Origin: Polymyxa betae A26-41
Taxonomy: Eukaryota > Protista > Endomyxa: Phytomyxea
Direction of reading: 5' to 3'
Length of the DNA: 64,000 bases
Assembly: GCA_003693705.1 (NCBI GenBank)
Contig: RBZT01000646.1
Span: 1 to 64,000, forward strand
How positions within the stretch are numbered: position 1 is the stretch's first letter; each line of letters begins with the position of its first letter. Positions 1 to 10,852 of the stretch are shown here, one piece after another. The translations under genes and the position numbers were made by a program. The notes beneath the pieces are model-generated. The model was not told where the DNA came from. It ran no database searches and worked only from the letters and a program-made list of their open reading frames with translations.

Positions 1-453
1 TGGCACGCGCCAATATCAGTTGATCTCAATATCAGTTGATCTCCAATTCTTTTTTACTCGCTCTGTATATAGCATTACCATCTTTTATTATTCTTACTCC
101 TTAAAATCATTTTTTTATTAATCCGCTCATTCTTGATTTTTTGGGCGAAAATGTTCAAGATTATGGTCGCCAAGGTCAATACTATTATCGGGCACTGCGT
201 ATAGGTGCCCGTTTTACGTTTTACATTTTTCACTTGTTTCAGATGAGGGGAGCCTATGCTGTTTTTTGTTTTAATAATTCCGAACGGTATATAATTGACT
301 TGGCAATCCTTACGATAGACATATATGTATGTATAGGTCCCACCTTATGCGCTATTATTATGAAGGTCTCGGGTTCAATTCTGGGTCGCGATATTGTTTT
401 TTTTTACGTTATTGGTGTTGCTTTCAATTCATTATAAAATATTTCCACACATT

Positions 454-657
454 TCAAACATAAAAAATGTCAATTTCACAATTCTCTATTAATTCCTTCA
501 TATATTTATCAGAACAAGAAAAACAGAAAATATTATCACATTTATAACACTTTTTACATACATCCGAATGAAATATCACATTCTTAATCCCAAGACATTC
601 CTGACAAGTTTTCTTATTATGGATTTCTACCGAACATAACGAACAATATTTTATCAT
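454..657 (-). CDS. Small Cys-rich (zinc-finger-like) hypothetical protein, virus-like, 67 aa
   Basis: Intronless ATG ORF in a very AT-rich block with CxxC repeats (CSLC, CQEC, CKKCYKC, CFSC). It shares an upstream motif with the neighbouring ORF. Confidence 0.5.
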   Translation of the reverse strand: MIKYCSLCSVEIHNKKTCQECLGIKNVIFHSDVCKKCYKCDNIFCFSCSDKYMKELIENCEIDIFYV

Positions 658-702
658 TGATTAATTACAATCAACCTCTATTATTATTTTCAATATCTTC
701 CC
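658..702 (-). promoter_or_regulatory. Conserved upstream motif ATATTGAAAA(A)TAATAATAGAGGTT(G/A)ATTGTAAT, copy 1 (copy 2 at ~1012-1050)
   Basis: A near-identical ~35-nt sequence sits immediately 5' of the ATG of both minus-strand ORFs. Confidence 0.55.
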
Positions 703-1013
703 TAATTCTGTTTCTTATATTCTTTAAAACTTTCTATAATTTCTGGTTTATATTTATCCCCTTCAATAAAAAATTTCCGTTTCAGACAACTTACACATCC
801 AACACAATCATAATTATAATTCTCATGATCATGTCCGTTCGTTATATAAACATAATATCCGTTTCTTTTGTTGTCAAATTTTATAAAGTAATTTACACAG
901 CAACTTTTTGATAAAACTATTAGTATATTTTCTCTTTTACTTTTTTTAATAACGTAATCAATCATTTTTGGAGTAAATATAACACCATCCCATTTAAAAA
1001 CAACCTTATCCAT
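702..1013 (-). CDS. Hypothetical Lys/Ile-rich protein, virus-like, 103 aa
   Basis: Intronless ATG ORF, AT-rich, tightly packed with 454-657 in the same orientation. Contains CC and CxxCxxC. Confidence 0.5.
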   Translation of the reverse strand: MDKVVFKWDGVIFTPKMIDYVIKKSKRENILIVLSKSCCVNYFIKFDNKRNGYYVYITNGHDHENYNYDCVGCVSCLKRKFFIEGDKYKPEIIESFKEYKKQN

Positions 1014-1189
1014 TACAATTAACCTCTATTATTATTTTCAATATTTTCCCGAATTATATTTCCATGATTACCCCAGTTATTATTTCTGTTTTTCAATTTT
1101 GAGTGTCGGCGGGGTTTTATTTTCATTATTCAATTCAAAATTCACCCCGATTTATAAAAAAAATCTCAATCTGTGCGATTTCGCCGATG

Positions 1190-1323
1190 TTACGTGGCAC
1201 GAGCGCTTTACGTGGCACGAGGTCATTTTTGTATGGGAAAATGGCATTTTTCGCCAATTTTCGGAAATCTTACGTGGCACGAAGGGGGTTTTACGTGGCA
1301 CGAAAGGGGTTTTACGTGGCACG
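1190..1323. repeat. Five copies of TTACGTGGCACG (1190, 1208, 1270, 1291, 1312); the last three have a 21-bp period
   Basis: Read directly from the sequence. A partial copy (TGGCACG) is at window position 1. Confidence 0.9.
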
Positions 1324-1506
1324 CTTGCCTGGCAGGAAAATATAAGGATTATTATGAGTAAAATACAGAATGATTGCGGATTAATATGCGTGATTGATTG
1401 ATATTTTCAAAAAATATTTCCAAAATGTCGGGATTAATCCTTAAAATCATTACGGATTAATCTCCCCAGAGATGAATACCACCCACTATTAAAAGGTCTT
1501 TTAATG

Positions 1507-1586
1507 TGTCATTTTTGGGTTAGGGTTTGTCATTTTTGGATTAGGGTTTGTCATTTTTGAATTTTTTTTTTGTCATTTTTGGATTA
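1507..1586. repeat. Four-copy ~21-bp tandem repeat TGTCATTTTTGG(G/A)TTAGGGTT, degenerating
   Basis: Copies start at 1507, 1528, 1549 and 1571. The first two contain TTAGGG. Confidence 0.85.
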
Positions 1587-1599
1587 TGGTATGGGTGGT

Positions 1600-2022
1600 A
1601 TTCAACTTCAGCCAGCAACCAACACCAGCTACAATACTTAATTCATTGGAAAGGATATAACGTTGACGACCGCACTTGGGGACCAGCATCACAGTTCGTC
1701 GGTTCCGCAACAGAAGCATTAAAAGCAGCAATCGACATATTCCATTCTCAAAATCCAGCCAAGCCGGGGCCAAAAAAGGGGGATATGTCATAATCGGTGC
1801 CCCGCCGGAGCGGCCCAGTAACAGTAGGAGTTCACCTCGATAGTTTATCTAACCAGTGTGTGACTGGAATCTGCTAATAAAGAAAGCCCCAACACACGCT
1901 TGAACCGAATCTTGTCTTGCATTCGTAACCTTCCCTTGTCCCTGTCTCAAGTCTACTCAAGTCGTAGCCCCGGTCCCTGCGCTTCCATCTATCCCTATCT
2001 ATTGGTCGCTCGGTTCTTGACA
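1600..2022 (+). mobile_element. 3' end of a chromoviral (Ty3/Gypsy) LTR retrotransposon: integrase chromodomain fragment, PPT and 3' LTR
   Basis: QLQYLIHWKGYNVDDRTW...FHSQNPAKPGP is a chromodomain. It is followed by a polypurine tract AAAAAAGGGGGA (1772-1783), then a 237-bp LTR 1786-2022 bounded by TGTCA...TGACA with an internal AATAAA. Confidence 0.85.
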
Positions 2023-2966
2023 TGTATGAGTTAGAGATTGATGACTGTCTGTAAGCGGGTAAGCTTGCGTGCAGACGTTAATAAATTGCAGTTCAACACT
2101 AAAGAACTCTTTATGAGAATGAATTCAAAAGCTGGGATGATCCTCAGGTCGAGGCCCGGCAGGAACGCCGAGTCGGCCCAGTACGTGACTCCGACGCAGA
2201 GGGAAAGGCGGGGACGACGCAACCCCGTGGCGTCACGGTCCTCGCAGTGCCCGTTACATGTCTACACAATGAACTGGTATTGTTAGGGTTATGCACTTAT
2301 TAGTTGAGCTCAGTTACTCGCAATCTTCATCCCAAAATCGATTCCAGATGTAGTCTATTAGCGCTAGTGGAAGTCGTTTGTGTTCCTGTTTGCTTTGCAT
2401 TTCACGGATTCTTTGGGCTTGTGATGAATAATTACCTTTGGCTGACTGTGGGATTGGATTAGGAGGAGCTGGCAGGACGAGTCATTATTCAGCGTCATTC
2501 ATCAATCTATTATAATGGTAACTAAATTTCTATCTACAATATGGGCACTTATCAATCTTTCTTATATCGCTTCAAACATACACAATTATCACAATCCCTA
2601 CACGCTAACAATGCGTTCATATCACCAGCTACCAATATTTCATAGCAAACCCCACAAGTAGCGTCAGCTCCAAGGCTTCTTACAAGAAATTTGTGTTGAA
2701 ATCTCATGTAAAGTTGCCATTATATAGTTATCTTTATTAACTTCCGCATCAGGATCACTGGCGAGTATCTCGTCACTTTCTGCGACTTTACGTCTTCCAT
2801 AGTAGATATAACGAACAATATGACTGAGGTAAGCATCACTGCGATCTCATTAATGAACAGGTTCAGAATAGTTCAATGAAATTCTGTTCGTGATTGATAA
2901 AGGCAATTTTTGGATTAGCCAAACAAATTTTGTGAAAAAAAAATCTCCGATGAACTCCCAGCTCTA

Positions 2967-3815
2967 ATGATTCAGGTTCGACGATTGGGCCATGATCATG
3001 TCTGCTCACAGACCTGGCTTGATCATGTCCAATGGGACGACGTTGTTTTGGTTCCTGAAATTTCAATCGTCGTTGCTGACGGCATCTCCATGCAGCAGTT
3101 AGACCAGTCTCGGAAAGATAACAGTTGTGAGACCTGTGGCACACTACTGGATAATTCAAATATCGGAATCTTGAATGGCCGTCTCTACATTGCATTGCTG
3201 ATGCCAGAGTCGAAAGCGCATGCAGCGGCTTTTGGCAGTTTCCTTTGGCATTTAAATGAGGTTCTGGAGGGTTTGGGAATGCCATTTCAGCAGTGCTTGA
3301 TGACTACCGGTAATACGAAATGATTTTCAGATCTGTCGTTATTTAAGATATTTTCATAGGGCATCCAACAACAGAGCTTGGAGAATCCAATGGCGGTCTC
3401 ATTCCTGTGACACTGGAGTATTCCAAAAAGAGTGCAAATCTCGAATTTGAATTCGGTTATTCACAACCCATGGAATCAGACAAGAATATCATCGGAGTCG
3501 ATGAAAAGACACGAGCCTGGGTACAATCAAATTATTGCAAACCTCGAGTTGCTGTCGGCATGAAGTTTGATCGTAAGCAGTTGGAGCTTGAGTGCCGAGT
3601 GTATTGTCGAGGAAAATGGTTTAATTGAAAAGTATGGCGACTCGATCATCATTCGTGATTCGGATCGTCCGAATTCAAAATTCATTAAATTGAAGACCTG
3701 CGACTTGTATCATGACGCCGATATTCCTATTCAGCTACAGGATCAGCAGGATATTCATTTGGATATATATCCAATTTTTCCTCGTTGCAGGATACTTTCC
3801 TCAGATGATGATTAA
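2967..3815 (+). pseudogene. Uma2-like PD-(D/E)XK nuclease (Crinkler-associated REase type), disrupted
   Basis: Fragments in three frames: MPESKAH.., LEFEFGYSQ (E-x-G-Y-S-Q), VAVGMKFD, and C-terminal DLY..IP..LD. Contains stops and frameshifts. Confidence 0.45.
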
Positions 3816-4364
3816 GGGTTTCCATTTCCTATTTACTCCATATAATTTTCATCATTAAAACTTATATACCAATTTTAACACTTCATATTGAACAAGCAAT
3901 ACACATTTCAATAAATCGAGTGAAAGGGCTTTAAAGGCCTGTGCCACCGCATTATGTAAATAGGAAGATCGACCCAAGGCGACCGCGAACTCCGCCCAGG
4001 GGTCTTAGAGGCTTCAAGTAAATTCGCTCCGTGGCGCAATAGAGACTTCCACCAATCAGATTGCGTCTTGCTCTGTTTCTAGCTCTATTGCGGAAATTGA
4101 TCTTCGTGAGGTCAATTTCTGAAATAGAGCTCTATTTCGGGTCCAATCTCGCAATAAAACAATTATTTTCTCTTGGATCCCACGACTGCTGCCATCGTTT
4201 CAGGGGCTCTCGTCGCCTTTCTGACATGCTTGGCAGGTGGGGCCGTGGTATGGGCTTCTCAGCCATACCGAGATAGCCGTTCATGGCGTCGGCCACCTTC
4301 GACGAGATCTGCAGTTGAAAGAAACCAGTTTGCTATTGCTGTATCATTCGTTTCGGCGTTAGAC

Positions 4365-4465
4365 ATTGTGTAGAAATCAAGAAATGGAGACGTTGGGATC
4401 GGAAAATACACCATTACGTCACGTTGAGTGGCACCAACTTCTCCATTTCTTGATTTCTGCACAAT
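4365..4465. repeat. 32-bp inverted repeat (2 mismatches) around a 37-nt spacer
   Basis: 4365-4396 ATTGTGTAGAAATCAAGAAATGGAGACGTTGG versus the reverse complement of 4434-4465, ATTGTGCAGAAATCAAGAAATGGAGAAGTTGG. Confidence 0.9.
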
Positions 4466-5299
4466 TGCGAAGCGGCTGGCGGGGAGTGGGGGTTGGAGGT
4501 TTGGGGGGGGGCTTGGTGACCTTGAGAGCTTCAAGGGCCGCGAGCCCTCGGGCCTTTGTGCGTGCCCAGGTGCCAACCTCCGGGAGTCGCAACACGTTTA
4601 TGATTTGGGTCACAATGGTTCGCCCAGAAACAAGGGGCAGCTATGGGAAGCAACGTCTCAGGCACGTTCGCAGACTTGGTACTTGCAGATATGGAAGAAG
4701 CCCTATTTGCAACATTAGCACCAACAGAACGGCCCAGCACGAATCTGATATAATCTATTGTCGACTCTGAGCAAAAAATACTGCCAAACATAAATGATAA
4801 ACCATGGAGTATTTAGTTAGACTGTTTCAATGATACGGAGAATCTGAAATATCTGCGCTCGGCGATCCTGAGAGTTTAGCTAGACGCAGGTTCTCTGGGA
4901 GTGGAACAACAGCATTCGCCTGTAAGAATCTCAAGCGCAAATTTATTGGTTCGGAATTAACCTAGGATCGAATACTGTACTAAGGCAAATTAAACGTGCA
5001 GCAACGCCATCGAAATAAATACAATATTTTAAGTGATGTTTTACTTACCAGTTGCCAATCTTTACGTATCGTCCTCCAAACACGGAATTGATAAGATTGA
5101 ATCATCGTTTCCATAGCCTTGTCAATACTCGTTTTGATTTTACAATATTTCTTGTGACTAGGTATTACCTTCTGAATCAATCCACAAAAGCCGAATCCTA
5201 TCACATTCCAAATTCAATCGTGGTACTATCACATCGACAATCTTCATTGGCTTAAACCCAAATTTTTCGCCAACATCTGATTTGCCTCCATACAGTTCT

Positions 5300-5960
5300 C
5301 GCCATACTTTGACCGATATTCTCGAATCCATTGGTCTTCAATATTCATTTCTCTCTTACGATTCACGATCTATGTGGCCAGACCCTTGTAGTTGTGTTTG
5401 GCATTTTGTAATCAAGGTCACGTTTCTTCTCGCCCAGTCTAATCTCTTCACTCCTATTGGTCAATCCAACATAGAACAGCTGTCCGTTTGTGTCCTCATA
5501 GATTTTTGGAGTATCCACTTTATCCAATGGAGTCGGTGTGTATTTCTCGTTATAATCACTTCGTTTCCAATGTGATTTACGACCAGAGTCAATACACGCG
5601 TTACGAATATCAGTGAGCCTACTTAATGCCGAGATTTGATTGTGTACAGTCATTTTCCAGAATTCGTGAATATTACCGCGACCACGAATAATCTTGCCTT
5701 GATATACGTGTGATATCACGCCGCATCCGAGTTTTACGTATTTTAAACATTCCATCGACGAGGCGGCCTTTTATTGTATTTATGGAGTCGATTGTAATGA
5801 ACGCTCGGGTTCATGTCCAAGCAGTCCCATGAGTGCTGCAAATCTCTCACCAGTACGGGCGTAGTAAGCATTGCTATCTTGATCGATGCCTACAGCATCG
5901 TCTAGAGCAACCTCTTTTTATGCAATCGTGATCTTGAGGTCGTCCGTAAGCTGGAAGTTT
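5300..5960 (-). pseudogene. Degraded Myb/SANT-like (NAM-associated, PIF/Harbinger-type) gene
   Basis: The minus frame reads NFQLTDDLKITIA*KEVALDDAVGIDQDSNAYYARTGERF, matching the NF..EDL.L..AW..VS.D..VG.DQ...YW.R pattern, with the Trp codon now TAA. The 3' extent is uncertain. Confidence 0.5.
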
Positions 5961-6830
5961 TCGGTTTTCAGAAACCTTACCTTTAGGCTTGGCATTGGAT
6001 TTGACTTTCGGCAACAACTACCATAATACTTTGCTGTAAAGACAAAGTGACTTGGTATTTAAGCGCGGTTTCGGATAGCTTCTGTGTTCAGTCATCCAGA
6101 ACTGCCCTCTAAATAATCTCTAGATTGTCAAATAAAAGTATCGGCCCTGATATTGATCATCTCTGTTGACCAACCATTAATCTGTGTTCTGTGAGCTGGC
6201 TATTCTTAATACGATGTCGCCAGTGTCTAAGAACACGATGCTGCTTGTTTCTGTTCCAGTACCACGAGCAGCGTCGCTTCATCATCGGTACAGCCGACTA
6301 ATTCTCAAACCCAGGAAAAACAGTTCAAAATTCTTCATTACAATTGGACATCGGAAAAGTTTGAGATCTGCTGGAGTTCATTTCACTGGCGATCCCCAAT
6401 ATCACCATACATATTAGCTGTATGAATCGGAGGGTTCGGACTCGTGATGAGGAACACTCCATAATCAGGCTCTCTCGGACCGTTATGCACATAGAAGCCA
6501 TAATCTGTCTGGCGCTGTCGTAACTGACGCTTGTCGATGCTGGCAGCCATTATGGTACATTATGAGCAATGCCTTGGTGACGTCTGGCTACGAGATCCCG
6601 ACATCGGTGACCACCTACCAACGGAGACCAAAGATCGCCCCTTTGATTGCCTTGAGACTCTCATTGATAGCACCGAAAGCTATCGCCAGCATAAATCCAG
6701 GTCGGTATCTATAGAACCATTACGGTTCGTCTTATTTTATTTCAGTTTTGAGAAATCGATAATTCACTTTCATTATTGATAATTTTGCAACTTTCGGTTT
6801 ATTACTCAAGATGTTGGAATTTAGCATTTT

Positions 6831-7420
6831 ATGTGGACTGTTTGCAAGTTGGTCTTCACGTTTTTCCATCATTTTGGTAACGGAGGATTGATTATCATAG
6901 AGGCCAAATGCCAGTTTCAGAATTTAGACGAATTCCTGGCCGATTTCGACGAAACGTTTGAAATGTTCCAATTCGTGCTCCAGCATCTGAAGAGCAGCGA
7001 CGTCTCGATGGCGACCACGGTCATGGACTTCATCAACTATACGTGCAACGTCGAACCGAATCTGACCATCTCCGAAGTCATCCTGTTCGTGGCGTTGTGG
7101 TTCGTCTGCGACGAAAACCCGCACCGGACGCCGCCAAGCAGCGATAAGGGCCGGCCTGGGAAGTCGCGACGCGAGAGGAAATCCAGTCGGTTCACATTCA
7201 ATTTTCGTTTTCTGATTTTGTTCGGAAGGCGCCATCCACTTCGGAATTCGATTCTCTAAACTGATTTTTCAGAGTATAAGATTGCCGAGGCTCTCGTCAA
7301 GTTCGAGCAGCGACAGAAAGCGGCCCAGGAGCGAAATCGGACCGGAGGCATCTGGACCAAACTGAACTTCTGGCAGCTTCTTCGTCGAGAACTTCGCCGA
7401 ATTCCATGGAATCGATTCGC
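6831..7420 (+). CDS. Hypothetical protein, probably spliced
   Basis: GC-rich coding-like segments 6920-7185 and 7273-7400 are separated by a T-rich GT..AG intron candidate. No recognisable domain. Confidence 0.3.
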
Positions 7421-8374
7421 CAAAATTCCGCCTAATTCCGCTTCAGGTTCGAATCCTTCATGCGCGGCGAGAAATCTTGTTGAATATTTGTGGTGTGCAG
7501 ATTTGGGATCCGTTTCTAATGCTCACGGCATGATTATATCTAAATCAAGAATTCCCGAAAAGCTGCTTTGTCAGAGTGTAAAGAATGGACGCGTAAATTG
7601 TAAGAGACCTCCAATGAAGCTTGGCCATTTCCCCGTTCCTTCACTGCCGCCCTATCGGTCTTCTGCTGGAAGGACCAAAAACAAGGAAAACCTCCCAGGT
7701 GTTATCATTAAGCCATCAGAACGGGAATCTGCTGCCACTACAGACATTATAGACCAACGAAAGTGTAAGCCCCATTGTAGAAATTTTCCTGAGAAATCAA
7801 AATTTTTCAATGCATCGTTGGATTACCTGAAAATGTAGACTTATAAATGTTACTGGTTTTCGTTCAGCAATCACCATAATTCCGATTACTAAAATGATTT
7901 TTTTTAGGGAAATTTCACAATTCGCAGTGTTGCCATAATTGTCGCAACCTACTGCAGACTCTGTATCCCGATCTAAGCCGTTGTGAGCACTCAGTGCAGA
8001 GCTTACGAACAGCTCGGTCTGGCAGAGACTCGGTCGTTGGGAAACTAGACTCAGCATTGTCCGGCATCGCAACGTATCGGCCCTGCGGATTGGATGTGAT
8101 TCGCACGTCGCGACACATCTGGGACCTGTTTGGCCTGTTCGAGCCGAAATGGAACCAGAATTGAGACGAAGGTCGCAACAAGGATGACAGCGAAAGAATC
8201 GCTGCAGAATGTCGCACCATTTGTGACCTCTTTAATGTTACATTCATTTTACCTGAGCGATTACCTCATAAAGAGAGACTCACTGAATTTTGGGAGAATA
8301 CGACTGATCGTCTCCATGAGGCAGTGCGCAAGCGCCCCTTAGCCAGCCCAGCCATAGTCGATGTCGCTTTGTCG

Positions 8375-9486
8375 ATGTCCGCCAGTGAGGGACGCTCGGA
8401 CCTGGCCTGGGTCGTCCCCGAGACCAACGAAACATTCAATGATTACCACGACTATGTCGGCCGCCTGATCGATCTGCGGCGCCCCAGGACGGACGCCGTC
8501 CTGACCGCCAGCGGCACGATCGTGCACCCGGCCAGCGACAAACCCGCCCGGCCTGTCATTGAGGTCGAGGCGCCGCTATCGAATCCGTCATTATTGAAAG
8601 CATTCCGATAGAGATCTGGTTATGATATCGTGACGTTCGAGATCTCGCCTGAGGACGCCCTGCGCCGTCTGGGCGGCTGCGAGTTTCATGCCACTGGCGT
8701 GGCGATCTCGGAACGCGTCCATCGATTAGAACGTGAAGTGAAGGCGCTGCTGGTGCAAACAGCGGACGAGGAGGTCGGCGCTGACATCATTGGCAACCTA
8801 CGCCGAATGAGAGCCGATCTTCGCCGAATATCAGATCGTCGTTCTGGTAATCATTTTGGGGTAGAAAGTGCTTTTAAAAAGGCTTTTTTTACCATTTCGT
8901 ATCTTGACAAAAAGCGACAACTGATAATTTGATTTTAGGGCCCGTATTGCTCGATACCGAAGGACCCGATCCAGGTGATTCCATACTGAAACTTCATGAA
9001 CGAGTTGCAAAGTTGGAAAGGGCGCTGGAAATCAGTACGCTCTCGAGTGCTGAGTCGTTGCTCGAAGAGTTAGAGGATCGCGTCGAGCTGCTATCCGAAT
9101 CGAAACTGGACAAGATCGCCGCCAAGTCGAAGCAGGCGCTGGTACAAATGCAGCTACTGTCGCAAGAAGCGTCATCGAACATCAACCGAACTGCATTTGA
9201 CGAATTACGCGATGCCGTCGCTAGATGGGACGATGTCGCCAATGCCGTTCCACATATTATTGAGCGTTTAATCGCCGTTAAGGATCTGCATCAACAAGGC
9301 GCGGACGTTGTCAATCGGGTGGTGGCGCTGGAGCAGGCCGTTCAGGTTGGCGATGAAAGACTACGGCAGAGCGAATCAGCGGTCTCTAATATCGAACGAA
9401 CGCTGGCTGATAATTTGAAGATTATGGAGGCTAACTGTGCGGCTCTATCTGAGAGATTAGATAGACTGGAACGAAGTAAACAATAA
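8375..9486 (+). CDS. DCTN2: Dynactin subunit 2 (dynamitin, p50)
   Basis: Three exons (introns ~8564-8611 and ~8847-8938). The coiled-coil C-terminus RWDDVANAVPHIIERLIAVKDLHQQ...NLKIMEANCAALSERL is typical of dynamitin. Confidence 0.75.
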
Positions 9487-9612
9487 TGTTGAAAATATTT
9501 CCTCTTTGTTTGATCGCTGTTAGTCAAGGGTTGAAGCTTTAAGAGATACTAATTGTGCTTTAGCAAGTTTAGCACTGATTGTGATTTTTATTGGAAATTT
9601 CTTCGCTCCTCA

Positions 9613-10671
9613 TCAATAGGATATGCACTCGATTTCAATACCGAGCGATTTGAGGACTTTTTTGCATGGGTCCCCGAAATGCTTGTTGCTAGCTTCGACC
9701 TCACATTCGCTCTTGCCTTGGCACCGCTTCTGAAGTATCTTGTGCGGCTTGTCGGAATTGCATTTATACTTCGGGTCGATTTTGAATCCATTCGCATCGC
9801 GGAACTGCTTCCCGTAACCAGCCCAAATGACATTCCCGAATCTGCCGTTCGGGCATTTCAGCGTCTGCTTAGAGTGTTCATTGACGACGAAGACCAGGTT
9901 CTTCTTAGGGAAGCTGGCAGCTGAGGCGCAGCGAGCCTGAACGGCCAGAGACTTGCCCACATTTTCGCATGGATCGTCGAAGAACTTATTTGCAGCAAGC
10001 AGCGTACAGCTGTTCCTTCCCAAACACTGTTGCTGGACGTTGCCCATCGACTTGGCGCTATTGCAGTTGAATCTCGGGTCGAGCTGGAAGCCAGAGGCTG
10101 TGATGAGTTGCCGGCCGTAGCTGGCGAAATCGATGCCCACTATGACTTCGCCGGCTTTACAGCTTAGTGTCCCTTTCTGGTTCTCTTGAATAGTCGTCTT
10201 GATGATGTTCTTCGGCGTCAGACTCGACGAACATTGCATTCGAACAGCCAGCGAGGTCAGCCCGGGACAGCGCTTGCCGAATCTTGAAGCATCGGGTGCA
10301 AACGAGCATTGCTGCTGGCCAATGCATGCATTCGAGACGATGTTCTTCACGTCTTTCTGGCAATTCGAATCGGCAACAAACTGACCATTGCTGGTCAGGC
10401 GGTAGGAGCCCCAACCGGCAAAATCGACGCTCGTGAATGTGCCGCCACCAGGGCAGCGGAATGTGTCCTTTTGGCCTTGCGGAATCGCAGCGATCACCCA
10501 ATCGTCGGCAGGGCATTCGGTCGGCGGCGCTACCGGCGCTGGGGCGACCATCCTCGCTTGCGTGATGCCTGGATTTGGACGTGGCTTCGTGTTGGAAGAA
10601 AGGCAGTCATCGGCAACGACGGCCAGGAAATATAGCGATACAAGCAGAGCATGAGACAGGATTGGGGACAT
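9613..10671 (-). CDS. Secreted protein with three tandem SUEL (D-galactoside/L-rhamnose-binding) lectin domains
   Basis: Signal peptide MSPILSHALLVSLYFLAVVA. Three repeats of L.C..G..I..A.YG...C......V...C.G...C...A.N..F.DPC....K.L.V...C. Single exon. Confidence 0.85.
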   Translation of the reverse strand: MSPILSHALLVSLYFLAVVADDCLSSNTKPRPNPGITQARMVAPAPVAPPTECPADDWVIAAIPQGQKDTFRCPGGGTFTSVDFAGWGSYRLTSNGQFVADSNCQKDVKNIVSNACIGQQQCSFAPDASRFGKRCPGLTSLAVRMQCSSSLTPKNIIKTTIQENQKGTLSCKAGEVIVGIDFASYGRQLITASGFQLDPRFNCNSAKSMGNVQQQCLGRNSCTLLAANKFFDDPCENVGKSLAVQARCASAASFPKKNLVFVVNEHSKQTLKCPNGRFGNVIWAGYGKQFRDANGFKIDPKYKCNSDKPHKILQKRCQGKSECEVEASNKHFGDPCKKVLKSLGIEIECISY

Positions 10672-10852
10672 GATTTTAGATGAAGGGAATGGACACTGAA
10701 TTTGATTCTGGCCAAGATTTTTGGTTCCGGCAGACTGTGAAACAAAAAGGTTGAGTCATCGTCCGGATAAAGCTTCCGATGACGCGACCGGATGTAGAAT
10801 GACAACAAGACGAATTGCAAGAGGAGATCTGTCATGCTGTTTTATTGCTGAC

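Noticed and set aside
330-392. tRNA-like T-loop GGTTCAATTC
   Set aside because: The T-stem pairs poorly, and no convincing acceptor or D stem could be built.
1011-1030. Shine-Dalgarno-like GAGG before the ATG, implying phage/bacterial origin
   Set aside because: Spacing to ATG differs greatly between the two copies (about 9 versus 16 nt), so it is better read as part of a duplicated promoter block.
1190-1323. Possible CRISPR array
   Set aside because: The 12-bp units have mostly 6-9-bp near-identical spacers, there are no cas genes, and the context is eukaryotic.
1190-1323. Plant ABRE/G-box (ACGTGGC) cluster as a host-responsive element
   Set aside because: The motif matches, but the genome is not plant and nothing supports binding by host factors. 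Treated as coincidence.
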